Assembly (NCBI GenBank): GCA_041687695.1
Contig: JAWLBL010000001.1
Location: forward strand, 49,610 to 113,609
Length of the DNA stretch: 64,000 nt
Direction: 5' to 3'
Origin: Myxococcota bacterium
GTDB taxonomy: Bacteria > Myxococcota_A > UBA9042 > PHBI01 > JAWLBL01
This document shows positions 47,164-57,219 of the stretch, piece after piece (position 1 is the stretch's first letter; the number at the start of each line of letters is the position of its first letter). The position numbers and the translations under genes were made by a program. The notes below the pieces were generated by a model. The model did no database searches and was not told where the DNA came from. It was given only the letters and a program-made list of their open reading frames with translations.

Positions 47164-48621
47164 ATGCGCGTCGCCCTGGTCCGCACCTACCAGCCGCAGC
47201 CCATCGACGAGATCGCGCACCCGCTCGGGATCATGGCCCTCGACGCCTACCTGCGCGAGCGCGGCCTGACCGACCTCCACCTGCACGACATGCGCCTGGG
47301 CAAGCAGCGCCCCGACGAGGCCGTCCGCTGGCTCGAGCGCCTGAACCCCGACGTCGTGGGCCTGTCGGCGCTGACCATCGAGAGGAACGCCGTCCACGCC
47401 CTGGCGCGCCTCGTCCGCCAGCGCCTGCCGAACGCCACCGTCGTAGTCGGCGGCCCGTACGCGACCAGCTCGGGGCCGAGCCTCATGCGCGACGAGCACA
47501 TCGACTTCGCGGTGGTCGGCGAGGGCGAGGTGACCTTCCACGCGCTGCTCGAGGCCCTGCGGACCGGAGCCGATCCCGCCGACATCGCCGGCCTGGTCCT
47601 GCGCCGCGACGGCGAGGTCGCCGAGACGGGCGCGCGCCCCGCCATCGCGGATCTGGACACCCTGCCCTTGCCCAGCTGGGACCGCATCGACATGGCGGCC
47701 TACGACCGCGTCGACAGCCCCGAGCGCATGACCGGCAAGCCCTGGGCCGCCTTCTACACCTCGCGGGGCTGCCCCTATCGCTGCACCTACTGCCACGACG
47801 TGTTCGGCAAGCGCTTTCGCGCCCGCTCTCCCGACGAGGTCGTCGCGGAGCTCGCGCTGCTGCACGACCGCTACGGCGTCCGCGAGTTCCACTGCTACGA
47901 CGACATCTTCAACTTCGACAAGGCGCGCGCGATGGCCATCTGCCAGCGCATCGTCGCGCGCGGCCTGAAGATCCACCTGCAGTTCCCCAACGGCGTCCGC
48001 GCCGACCGGCTGGACGTCGAGCTGCTGCGGGCCATGAAGGCGGCGGGCACCTACCGGGTCAGCTACGCCATCGAGACGGCCTCGCCGCGCGTCCAGAAGT
48101 CGGTCAGGAAGCACCTGCAGCTGCCCAAGGTCGAGCGGCTCATGGCCGAGACCGACCGCGTGGGCATCCTGATGCACGGCTTCTTCATGCTGGGCTTTCC
48201 GGGCGAGACGCGCGAGGAGATCGAGCGGACGATCCGCTTCGCGCTGGACTCGCCCCTGCACACGGCCAGCTTCTTTTTGGTCACGCCGTTCGAGGGCTCG
48301 GCGCTGGCCGACGCCTACGTCGAGCCCTCGCGCGAGCTGCTGGGCCACGACTACAACTTCTACGACAACCCGCACAGCCTGAGCGAAGTGAGCGCCGACG
48401 AGCTGAGGCGCCTGCAACGCTGGGCCTACTTCCGGTTCTATGCCAACCCGCGCCGGATGATGCGCCTGATGCGCCTGATGCCGCGGCGGCGCAAGGTGCT
48501 GGACTACGCGCGGACGTGGGCGCGCATCCTGACGGGCCGCCTCTCGGTGCACGGCGCGGACGAGGCGACCTTCGGCGGGCTCGCGGAGGGGCCGTCCGAG
48601 ACGTCAGGCCGCGCGGCGTGA
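47164..48621 (+). CDS. cobalamin-dependent radical SAM enzyme (paralog 2)
   Basis: Same architecture with TSRGCPYRCTYC; long identical blocks shared with paralog 1. Confidence 0.93.
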   Translation: MRVALVRTYQPQPIDEIAHPLGIMALDAYLRERGLTDLHLHDMRLGKQRPDEAVRWLERLNPDVVGLSALTIERNAVHALARLVRQRLPNATVVVGGPYATSSGPSLMRDEHIDFAVVGEGEVTFHALLEALRTGADPADIAGLVLRRDGEVAETGARPAIADLDTLPLPSWDRIDMAAYDRVDSPERMTGKPWAAFYTSRGCPYRCTYCHDVFGKRFRARSPDEVVAELALLHDRYGVREFHCYDDIFNFDKARAMAICQRIVARGLKIHLQFPNGVRADRLDVELLRAMKAAGTYRVSYAIETASPRVQKSVRKHLQLPKVERLMAETDRVGILMHGFFMLGFPGETREEIERTIRFALDSPLHTASFFLVTPFEGSALADAYVEPSRELLGHDYNFYDNPHSLSEVSADELRRLQRWAYFRFYANPRRMMRLMRLMPRRRKVLDYARTWARILTGRLSVHGADEATFGGLAEGPSETSGRAA

Positions 48622-49587
48622 CGGCGGGTCGGCGAGCTCGGCGGCCACCGAGCGGCGCGCGGCGGTGACCAGACGCAGCCCCGGCAGGCCGAGGAGCGTC
48701 ATCGGGATCACGTGAACCGCGTGGTACAGCAGCGTGAAGGCGGCCGCCTCGGGCGCCGGGGCGCCAAACAGCCCCAGGACGAAGAGGGTCGCGACGTCGA
48801 AGGTGCCGATGTGGGCGGGGACCACCGGGACGAGGATGGCCAGGGTCACCACGAAGACCAGCAGGACGGTGGCCGCCAGGGGGACGGCGTCCAGGCCGAC
48901 GGCGCGCAGCAGGCAGGCGGCCGCGATGAAGTCGAGCAGCCACTGGACGATCAGGATGCCCAGCCCGGCGGCGAGCAAGCCGGGGCGGCGGACGGCGGCG
49001 GCGCCACGGGCCACGCGGGCGAGCAAGGTGCGCCCGGGGCCGGTGGCGCGGGCCAGGGCCAAGGCCACGGCCAAGGTGACCACCCCGCCGAGCCCGAGGG
49101 CGAGCGTGGCCTGCCCCACCCAGCCCGGGACGTCCGGCAGGAGCCAGGGCAGCGGCGCCAGGAAGGCCACGAGGCTGAGCGCCTCGTACGCCTTCTCGAC
49201 CACGGTGACGGACAGGGCCGACACGGCGGAGACGCCCTCGTGGCGGCGCAGGAGGTGGAGGCGCAGGAGATCGCCGGCGCGGCCCGGGAACAGCGTCGAG
49301 GCGGCGAAGGCCGACAGGTGGTAGCGGAACATCCGGCCGGACGGCACGTCGGCGATGGGGCTGAGCATCAGGCGCCACCCGAGGGCGCGCGCCCAGAGCT
49401 GCAGGGCGATGGCGGCCACGGCGGCCAGCACCAGCGGCGCGGAGGCCTCGGCCAGGACGGCGCCGACCGCGGCGAGGTCCAGGGAGCCGACGAGGTGGAC
49501 GAGCGCCCAGGCGATGACCGCGACCAGCACGAGACGCGCGGCCGTGGCGAGCGGCGGGCGGACGCTCTGGTGGGACGTTTCGGTCAT
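48604..49587 (-). CDS. lysylphosphatidylglycerol synthase TM / flippase-like protein (UPF0104-like)
   Basis: Start moved to ATG 49587. WARALGW, LFPGRAGDLLR, VVEK, PVVPAHIGTFD, LYH. Confidence 0.8.
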   Translation of the reverse strand: MTETSHQSVRPPLATAARLVLVAVIAWALVHLVGSLDLAAVGAVLAEASAPLVLAAVAAIALQLWARALGWRLMLSPIADVPSGRMFRYHLSAFAASTLFPGRAGDLLRLHLLRRHEGVSAVSALSVTVVEKAYEALSLVAFLAPLPWLLPDVPGWVGQATLALGLGGVVTLAVALALARATGPGRTLLARVARGAAAVRRPGLLAAGLGILIVQWLLDFIAAACLLRAVGLDAVPLAATVLLVFVVTLAILVPVVPAHIGTFDVATLFVLGLFGAPAPEAAAFTLLYHAVHVIPMTLLGLPGLRLVTAARRSVAAELADPPSRRAA

Positions 49588-49685
49588 TGGGGAGAGGAGA
49601 TGGCCGCAGCCGCGGTCGCGTCGACGGCCGCGCCGACAGGCTAACCGGTCGGGAGGGCGCCGGGAAGGGCACCTGCCGCGCGGGC

Positions 49686-49903
49686 CAGGGTCATCGCAAA
49701 GTCCGTCGAGCGTTGCGCGCAGCGAGCTGCGCGACCCACGAGCCCCAGCGAGCTGGGGCAGTCCGTCAAGACTCGCCGCCACGAATCCTCCTCGGAGGTC
49801 CGACGACCGGACTGCACGAGCTCGCTCGTGCTCCGGCGTAGCGCGGCTCGCCGCGCTGAATGCGAGGCGTGGCGAGCCCATTGGCGACTTTGCGACCGCC
49901 CTG
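49686..49903. mobile_element. 218-bp MITE with 18-bp TIRs and 10-bp target-site duplication
   Basis: TIRs CAGGGTCATCGCAAAGTC and GACTTTGCGACCGCCCTG (15/18 match); flanked by CCGCGCGGGC at 49676-49685 and 49904-49913; no transposase. Confidence 0.85.
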
Positions 49904-49980
49904 CCGCGCGGGCGAGGGCGTCGGCGCTTCGTCGGTCCAACCGTGGTCCCGAGCGCGGGGCGTTGTTATGCTCCCGCGCG

Positions 49981-51245
49981 ATGCGAGGGACCCTCCTTGT
50001 CACCCTGGCCGTGATGACGGCCGCCAGCGGCTGTCGGAGCGACCAGGGCGAGGGCCCTCGGGCGGCGCGGGGCGGTGCCGCGGTCTCCAAGGGCGACGCC
50101 GCGCCGGCGGCGGCGGTGCTGTCGGCGCGGGCCGGAGACCGGTCGTCGCGGCGGCCGGCCGAGGACGAGGGGCGCGAGCGCGAGGCCCCGCCGCCGGCGC
50201 AGGTCAGCGCGTACGGGCAGGCGATGATCCTGGGCGACGCGGCGCTGTACTCGGGGCGCTTCGAGGAGGCGCGGCGGCAGTACTTCGAGGCGATGGAGCT
50301 GGAGCCGGAGGGCGCGGCGGCGGCGCTGGGCGCGCTGCGGACGCTGGTGCTGCCCGGGCAGGGCGAGGCGCGGGCGGCGGTCGAGGACCAGGTGCGGCGG
50401 AAGATCGAGGCCTACCTGGCGCGGCCCGCGACCGAGGGCGCGGCGCACCTGCTGGCGGCGCGTCTGGCGTTGGCGCTGGGCGAGACGGGCGAGGCGCTGG
50501 ACAAGGCGCGGCTGGCGGTCGAGCGGATGCCCGAGCTGGGCGTGGCGTGGCGTGTGCTGGGCGAGGCGGCGATGTCGGCCGAGCTGTGGGGCGAGGCGGT
50601 GGCCGCGCTGCAGCGGGCGGCCGGGCTGGGGCTGCAGGCGGCGCCCGGTACGTGGGAGCGGATGGCCGACGCGTTCGACGAGCTGGGCGAGCTGCGCGAC
50701 GCCGAGGCGGCCGCGCGCAAGGCGCTGGCGTTGACCGGGTCGGACGTGCACGCCAAGCGGCGGCGCCTGAACCTGCTGGCCGTGGTGCTCAAGCACCGGG
50801 GCGAGCTGGACGAGGCGTGGGAGGTCGCGCGCGAGGCCGAGCGGCTGGGGCCGACCGACCCGGCGGTGCTGCACAACCTGGGGACGCTGTCGGAGGCGCG
50901 CGGCAAGCCGGACGAGGCGCTCGCCTACTATGAAAAGGCCGTCGCGGACGGGCCGCACCCGATGACGAGCTGGCGCATGGGGCACCTGCTGCTCGAGCTG
51001 GACAAGCCCAACGAGGCGCTGACCGCGTTCACGGCGGCGGCGGCCCGGCTGGAGCGCTGGACCTGGCCCGCGTCGACGCGCTGGTGGCCCGCGTGGGAGG
51101 TGGGTAAGCTCTACGCCCGCGCGCGCCGGCATAAACAGGCGGCGGGGTGGTTCGAGGACGCGTTGCGCGAGGCGCGCACGGCCGCGGCCACGCGCGAGGT
51201 GCGGAGCTGGCTCGCCTTCGTGCAGACGCAGACCGACGAGGAGAG

Positions 51246-51249
<4 letters not shown>
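49981..51249 (+). CDS. TPR-repeat lipoprotein
   Basis: Start moved to ATG 49981. Lipobox ASGC; multiple TPRs (AVLHNLG, AYYEKA). Confidence 0.85.
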
Positions 51250-52084
<835 letters not shown>

Positions 52085-52088
<4 letters not shown>

Positions 52089-53365
52089 CCTCGGCGACCG
52101 TCGACGCAGGGGCGGCAGGCGGGGCGCGACCGGCGCCGCCGATGCCGTTCGCCGAGCTGTTCTTCGCGATGCGCAAGGGCGGCCTGCCGGTGTCGCTGTC
52201 CGAGTGGATGGCGCTGATGCAGGCGCTGGCCAGCGGGACGGTGCAGCCGGATCTCACCGACTTCTATCGGGTCGCCCGGGCGGTGCTGGTCAAGCGCGAG
52301 ACGCAGTACGACACGTGGGATCAGGTGTTCGAGGCCGTGTTCGGCTCGGGCGACCTGCCGACGGAGGCGGCCAGCCAGCTGCTGGAGTGGCTCGAAAATC
52401 CCCTGCCGGTCCCCGAGCTGACGCCCGAGCAGCTGGCCATGATGGAGCAGCTGCCGCTCGACAAGCTGCGCGAGCTGTTCGAGGAGCGCCTGCGCGAGCA
52501 GGACGAGCGCCACGACGGCGGCAACAAGTGGATCGGCACCGGCGGCAAGTCGCCCTTCGGCAACGGCGGCGTCAACCCGGGCGGCGTGCGCGTCGGCGGG
52601 GCCGGCGGCGGGCGGTCCGCGGTGCAGATCGCCAGCCAGCGCCGCTTCGCGGCCTACCGCTCCGATCGGGTCCTCGACACGCGCTCCATCGCGGTCGCCC
52701 TGAAGAAGCTGCGCCGCCTGTCGCGCAAGGAGGGCGAGCTCGAGCTCGACGTCGACGAGAGCATCGACGAGACGTGCCGCAACGCGGGCGAGCTGACCCT
52801 GGCCTTCCGCCCGCCGCGCAAGAACGAGGCGCGCGTCCTGCTCCTGATGGACGTCGGCGGCTCGATGGACCCGTACGTGCACCTGGTCGAGAAGCTCTTC
52901 TCGGCCGCCAACGGGCTCAACCACTGGAGGAAGTTCGAGGCGCTCTCCTTCCACAACTGCCCCTACGAGAGCCTGTACCCGTCCGAGTACGGCCGCGGCG
53001 ACAGCGTCCCCACCGCGGACGTGCTGGCCGAGCGCTCGCCCGAAACCTTCCTCATCATGGTGGGCGACGCCTCGATGGCCCCGAGCGAGCTGACGAGCCG
53101 CAACGGCGCCATCGACTACTGGCACCGCAACGAGACGCCCGGCCTGGTCTGGCTGCACCGCCTGCGCTCGCGCTTCAAGCGCGCCGTCTGGCTCAACCCG
53201 ACGCCACCCGAGTGGTGGAGCGGCTGGACCGTTCAGCTCATCGGCAGCCTGTTCCCGATGTTCCCGCTGACCCTCGACGGCCTCGACCAGGCCATCGCCA
53301 CCCTGCGCCTGCGCACGCCGCCGCCCATCCCCGAGCTGGACGTGCGCCTGATGGGCGGCCGCTGA
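52085..53365 (+). CDS. vWA-domain (CoxE-like) partner of MoxR
   Basis: [33 protein letters not shown]. Start is GTG 52085 or ATG 52142. Confidence 0.88.
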
Positions 53366-53462
53366 CCGGCGCGCCCTGTTAGCGCCTGAAACACGCCTGC
53401 CGCGCGGCCCGTCGCGTCGCCTGGGCTATCGTGGGCCCACACCCGACAACCCGCGAGGCCCC

Positions 53463-53936
53463 ATGCTGCACGTCCGAAGCCAGGCGTTCGGCCCCTCGGA
53501 GCCCATCCCTCGCGACTTCACCGGCGACGGGCGCGACCTCAGCCCGCCGCTCGTGTGGTCCGACGCTCCGCCCGACGCACGCTCCTTCGCCCTCGTCTGC
53601 CAGGACCCCGACGCCCCCCGCGCCGACCCCTTCGTCCACTGGCTCGTCTACGACATCCCGGGGCACGTCCACCTCCTGCCCCCCGGCGTCGACCCCATCG
53701 CCCGCCCCAGCACCCCGGCGGGCATCGTCCAGGGCAAGAACTCCTTCGGCGCCCTCGGCTACCGAGGCCCCGCCCCGCCGCGCGGCCACGGCCTGCACCA
53801 CTACCACTTCCACCTGTACGCCCTCGACGCCGACCTGGGCCTCGACCCGGGCCTCGACCGCGACGCGCTGCTGCGCGCCATGGACGGGCACGTCGTGGCC
53901 GAGGCCGAGGTCGTCGGCCTGTACGAGCGACGCTGA
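53463..53936 (+). CDS. YbhB/YbcL family Raf kinase inhibitor-like protein
   Basis: SPPL-x-W, DPDAP, FVHW, GY-x-GP-x-PP, HHYHF-x-LYALD. Confidence 0.93.
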   Translation: MLHVRSQAFGPSEPIPRDFTGDGRDLSPPLVWSDAPPDARSFALVCQDPDAPRADPFVHWLVYDIPGHVHLLPPGVDPIARPSTPAGIVQGKNSFGALGYRGPAPPRGHGLHHYHFHLYALDADLGLDPGLDRDALLRAMDGHVVAEAEVVGLYERR

Positions 53937-53957
53937 CCGCCGCCCTCGGCGCCCCCC

Positions 53958-55346
53958 TCAGCGCCTCGGGGGCGCCACCGGGTTGTCGCCCGCCTGCCAG
54001 GCCCGGAAGCCGCCCAGGTAGTTCGACACCCGCTCGAAGCCGTTGCGCAGCAGCATGCTGGCGGCCAGCCCGCCCCGATGCCCGACCGAGCACATCGTCA
54101 CGATGGGCTTGTTGCGCGGCAGCTGCTCGATCGCGTGCTGGAGCTCGCCGACGAACAGCGGCAGCGCCCCCGGCACGGACCCGTTCTCCCACTCGCCGGG
54201 CTTTCGCACGTCCAGCACCAGGATGTCCTCGCCGTTCTCCAGCCGGAAGCTCAGCTCCGCGGTCTGGATGGTGTCGAGCCGCTCGATCTCCCGGTTCTCG
54301 TTCTGCCACCGCTCGAACCCACCAGACAGGTAGCCCTCGACGCGGTCGTAGCCGATGCGGAACAGCTGGCGCGCGATCTCGCCCCGGTCGGCCTCCTCGG
54401 GCAGCACCAGCACCACGGGCGTGTCGATGTGCACCGTCCACGGCAGGTAGGCCGTCAGGCCGTTCGCCCAGATGTTGTAGCTGCCCGGGACGTGCCCGCC
54501 GGCGAAGGCCTGCGGCATGCGCAGGTCGACCACCACCGCCCCCGCCGCGCCGTGCCGCGCGAAGTCCGCCGTGCCCAGCGGGATGAGATCGGGCGCCCGC
54601 CCGCCGAACGTCACGTCGCCGCGCATGTTCAGCTCGCGCATCCGCGTGAAGTACGGGGGGCGCACGTGCCGCTCCTCGACCTTGCGCGCCACGAACTCCT
54701 GCGGGTCGCCCAGCGACTCGCGCAGGATGGGGCTGTTGCGCCGCTCGTAGCCGATGGTGGTCCACGGGCGGGCGTCGATGTTGCCGCCGCAGACCGAGCC
54801 GCCGCCGTGCGCCGGGCAGACGATGACGTGGTCGCCCTGGGCCAGGATCTTCTCGGTCAAGCTGGCGTACAGCTCGCGCGCCATGCGCCGCGACTCGGCG
54901 GGACCGTAGAGATCCGTCCGCCCCACGTCCCCGGCGAACAGCGCGTCGCCCGTGAAGGCCCAGATGGGGTCCGGGCTGCGCGACCGGTCGGCCACCAGGA
55001 AGGTCAGGCTCTCCTCGGTGTGGCCGGGCGTCTCCAGGACCCGAATCTCGAGATCCCCCATCTCGAGCACGTCCCCCTCGCGGGCCGGCGTGCCGTGCGC
55101 GAAGGCCGAGGTCCCCGCGTGCACGACCTGCCCTCCGCACACCATGGCCAGGGCCGCGGCGCCGCTGACCAGGTCCTCCTGCCGATGGGTCTCCAGGATG
55201 TAGCGGATGCGCGCCTGACGCGCGTCGGCCAGCCGCAGGTACACGTCGATGTCCCGGCGCGGGTCGATGACGACCGCCTCGCCCTGGTCCTCCAGGAAGT
55301 ACGAAAAGGCCGAGAGCCCCCGGCTCTCGATGCGTTCGAACAACAT
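53958..55346 (-). CDS. MBL-fold persulfide dioxygenase-like protein with two rhodanese domains
   Basis: Start moved to ATG 55346. ETHRQED, TPGHT, FTGDALF, PAHGGGSVCG; GHVPGS; second rhodanese active loop CSVGHR. Confidence 0.85.
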   Translation of the reverse strand: MLFERIESRGLSAFSYFLEDQGEAVVIDPRRDIDVYLRLADARQARIRYILETHRQEDLVSGAAALAMVCGGQVVHAGTSAFAHGTPAREGDVLEMGDLEIRVLETPGHTEESLTFLVADRSRSPDPIWAFTGDALFAGDVGRTDLYGPAESRRMARELYASLTEKILAQGDHVIVCPAHGGGSVCGGNIDARPWTTIGYERRNSPILRESLGDPQEFVARKVEERHVRPPYFTRMRELNMRGDVTFGGRAPDLIPLGTADFARHGAAGAVVVDLRMPQAFAGGHVPGSYNIWANGLTAYLPWTVHIDTPVVLVLPEEADRGEIARQLFRIGYDRVEGYLSGGFERWQNENREIERLDTIQTAELSFRLENGEDILVLDVRKPGEWENGSVPGALPLFVGELQHAIEQLPRNKPIVTMCSVGHRGGLAASMLLRNGFERVSNYLGGFRAWQAGDNPVAPPRR

Positions 55347-55581
55347 GGGCGTTCCTCCCCCTGGCGTCTGGTCCCCTCGACACAGACCGTAGGGACCTCG
55401 ATCGCCCTGTCGACGCGCGCCCCCCCTTCTCCGGGCCACCCGCGGTGGTTCCATCCGCTCGGCTCCACCCGCGCCGGGCAGGCGCCGCGCCTGAAGGCCC
55501 GACCCCTCAGCCCGCGGCCCGGCCGTGCTATACACCGGCTACCGTCCCACCCCGACCGAGACCTACCGAGGCCCGACGACC

Positions 55582-56553
55582 ATGCAGCCCCCACCGTCCG
55601 TGCCGCCGATCCGCGTCGACCACGTCGTCGTCGCGACCGATCTCTCCCCGACGTCGCTGCAGGCCCTGCCCTACGCCGCCGGCTTCGCCAGGCCGTTCGG
55701 CGCGCGCGTGACCCTGCTGCACGTCGACGAGCTCGAGTCCTGGCCCACGCGCCCCTCGCGCGAGCTGAACGACTACCTCGAGCGCGTCGCCGAGACGCGC
55801 CGCAAGCGCCTCGAGGACGCCCGCCAGACCCTCGCCCGCTACGGCGCCCGCGCCCAGGTCGAGGTCCTCTCGAGCGCCTCGCCCGGCGAGGCCATCCTCG
55901 AGTGGGCGACCGACGCCAACGCCGATCTCCTGGTCGTCATGCGCCGCAGCGCCTCCGAGGACCGCACCCTGTTCATCGGCAGCACCTCCGAGCGCGTCAT
56001 GCGCGGCGCCTCCGTGCCGGTGCTGGTCGTCCACGAGCACGTGCAGGGCGCCGCCCCGCCGCCCGACCACGCCGTCGACTACCGCAAGATCGTCACCTCC
56101 ACCGACTTCAGCCGCGACAGCCGCCGCGGCCTGGACGCCGCCCTCGCCCTCGCCGACCGACTCGACGCCCAGGTCGAGCTGGTCCACGTCCTGCAGAAGC
56201 CGACCCTGGTCCCCGCCATGCCGGGCGAGCCGCCGCTGTTTCTGCCCCACGACACGACCGACGAGTTCCGCGCCTACTACGAGGCCGAGCTCGGCAAGCT
56301 CAGCGAGCAGCTGGGCACCGACCGCCTCGTGCACACGCTGCGCGTCGGCGGCAACATCGGCGTGACCCTGACCGAGGCCGCCTCCGAGGGCGACGCCGAC
56401 CTCATCGTCATCCCGTCCCACGGCAAGGGCGCCCTGCGCACCGCCCTGTTCGGCAGCACCGCGCGCCGCGTCGTCAAGCTGGCCCGCGTGCCGGTCCTGG
56501 TGCTGCCGGGCGCGTGGCTGGCCCGCCACTTCCCCCACGACACGCCCGCCTGA
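55582..56553 (+). CDS. tandem universal stress protein
   Basis: Start moved to ATG 55582. VVATDLS...IGSTSERV and VTSTDFS...SHGKG...FGSTARRVV. Confidence 0.92.
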   Translation: MQPPPSVPPIRVDHVVVATDLSPTSLQALPYAAGFARPFGARVTLLHVDELESWPTRPSRELNDYLERVAETRRKRLEDARQTLARYGARAQVEVLSSASPGEAILEWATDANADLLVVMRRSASEDRTLFIGSTSERVMRGASVPVLVVHEHVQGAAPPPDHAVDYRKIVTSTDFSRDSRRGLDAALALADRLDAQVELVHVLQKPTLVPAMPGEPPLFLPHDTTDEFRAYYEAELGKLSEQLGTDRLVHTLRVGGNIGVTLTEAASEGDADLIVIPSHGKGALRTALFGSTARRVVKLARVPVLVLPGAWLARHFPHDTPA

Positions 56554-56573
56554 CGCCCACCCCGGAGTCCCCC

Positions 56574-57008
56574 ATGTCCGACGCCGCCTCGATCGTCCGC
56601 GCCTGCCCGTCCTGCGGTCAGAAGAACGCCCTGCCGGCGGCGCGCCTGGCCGAGCAGGCCCACTGCGGGCGCTGCAAGGCCGTCATCACCCCGGTGGACG
56701 CGCCCGTGCCCCTGACGGGCGCCACCTTCGAGGGGGTCGTGCGCGCCAGCCCGCTGCCGGTCGTCGTCGACTTCTGGGCGCCCTGGTGCGGCCCGTGCCG
56801 CGTCGTGGCCCCCGCCCTCGACGAGCTCGCCCGCAAGCACGCCGGCCGCGTGCTGGTCGCCAAGGTCGACACCGATCAGCACCCCTCGGTGTCGGCCCGC
56901 TTCGGGATCCAGGGCATCCCCACGCTCATCCGCTTCGAGGGCGGCCACGAGGCCCGCCGCACGACCGGCGCCCTGCCCCCCGACGCCCTCGAGACCGAGC
57001 TGTTCTGA
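56574..57008 (+). CDS. trxC: thioredoxin 2 with N-terminal zinc finger
   Basis: Start moved to ATG 56574 (GGAG RBS). CPSC...CGRC and DFWAPWCGPC, IPT. Confidence 0.92.
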   Translation: MSDAASIVRACPSCGQKNALPAARLAEQAHCGRCKAVITPVDAPVPLTGATFEGVVRASPLPVVVDFWAPWCGPCRVVAPALDELARKHAGRVLVAKVDTDQHPSVSARFGIQGIPTLIRFEGGHEARRTTGALPPDALETELF

Positions 57009-57219
57009 CGGCTCCGCCCAGCCCCCTCCACGCCCGCACGGCCGCGCCGGAATCCCTGTCGCGCTGCTGGGTTGCAGCGTCGGAGTGTGATAGGTCTGCC
57101 GGCCTGAACGCTGTAGCCGCCTTCGGCGTTATGGCGGACGCGACGGCGGCGCCACCCGGGCGTCGACGCGCTCTTCAGGCAGGTGATGCGTGGGCGTGAT
57201 GCGTGGTGAGCGAGGCGAG

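Noticed and set aside
54078..57008. 976-aa ORF ending in thioredoxin
   Set aside because: Only the last 144 codons (from 56574) are TrxC; the rest overlaps two real genes.
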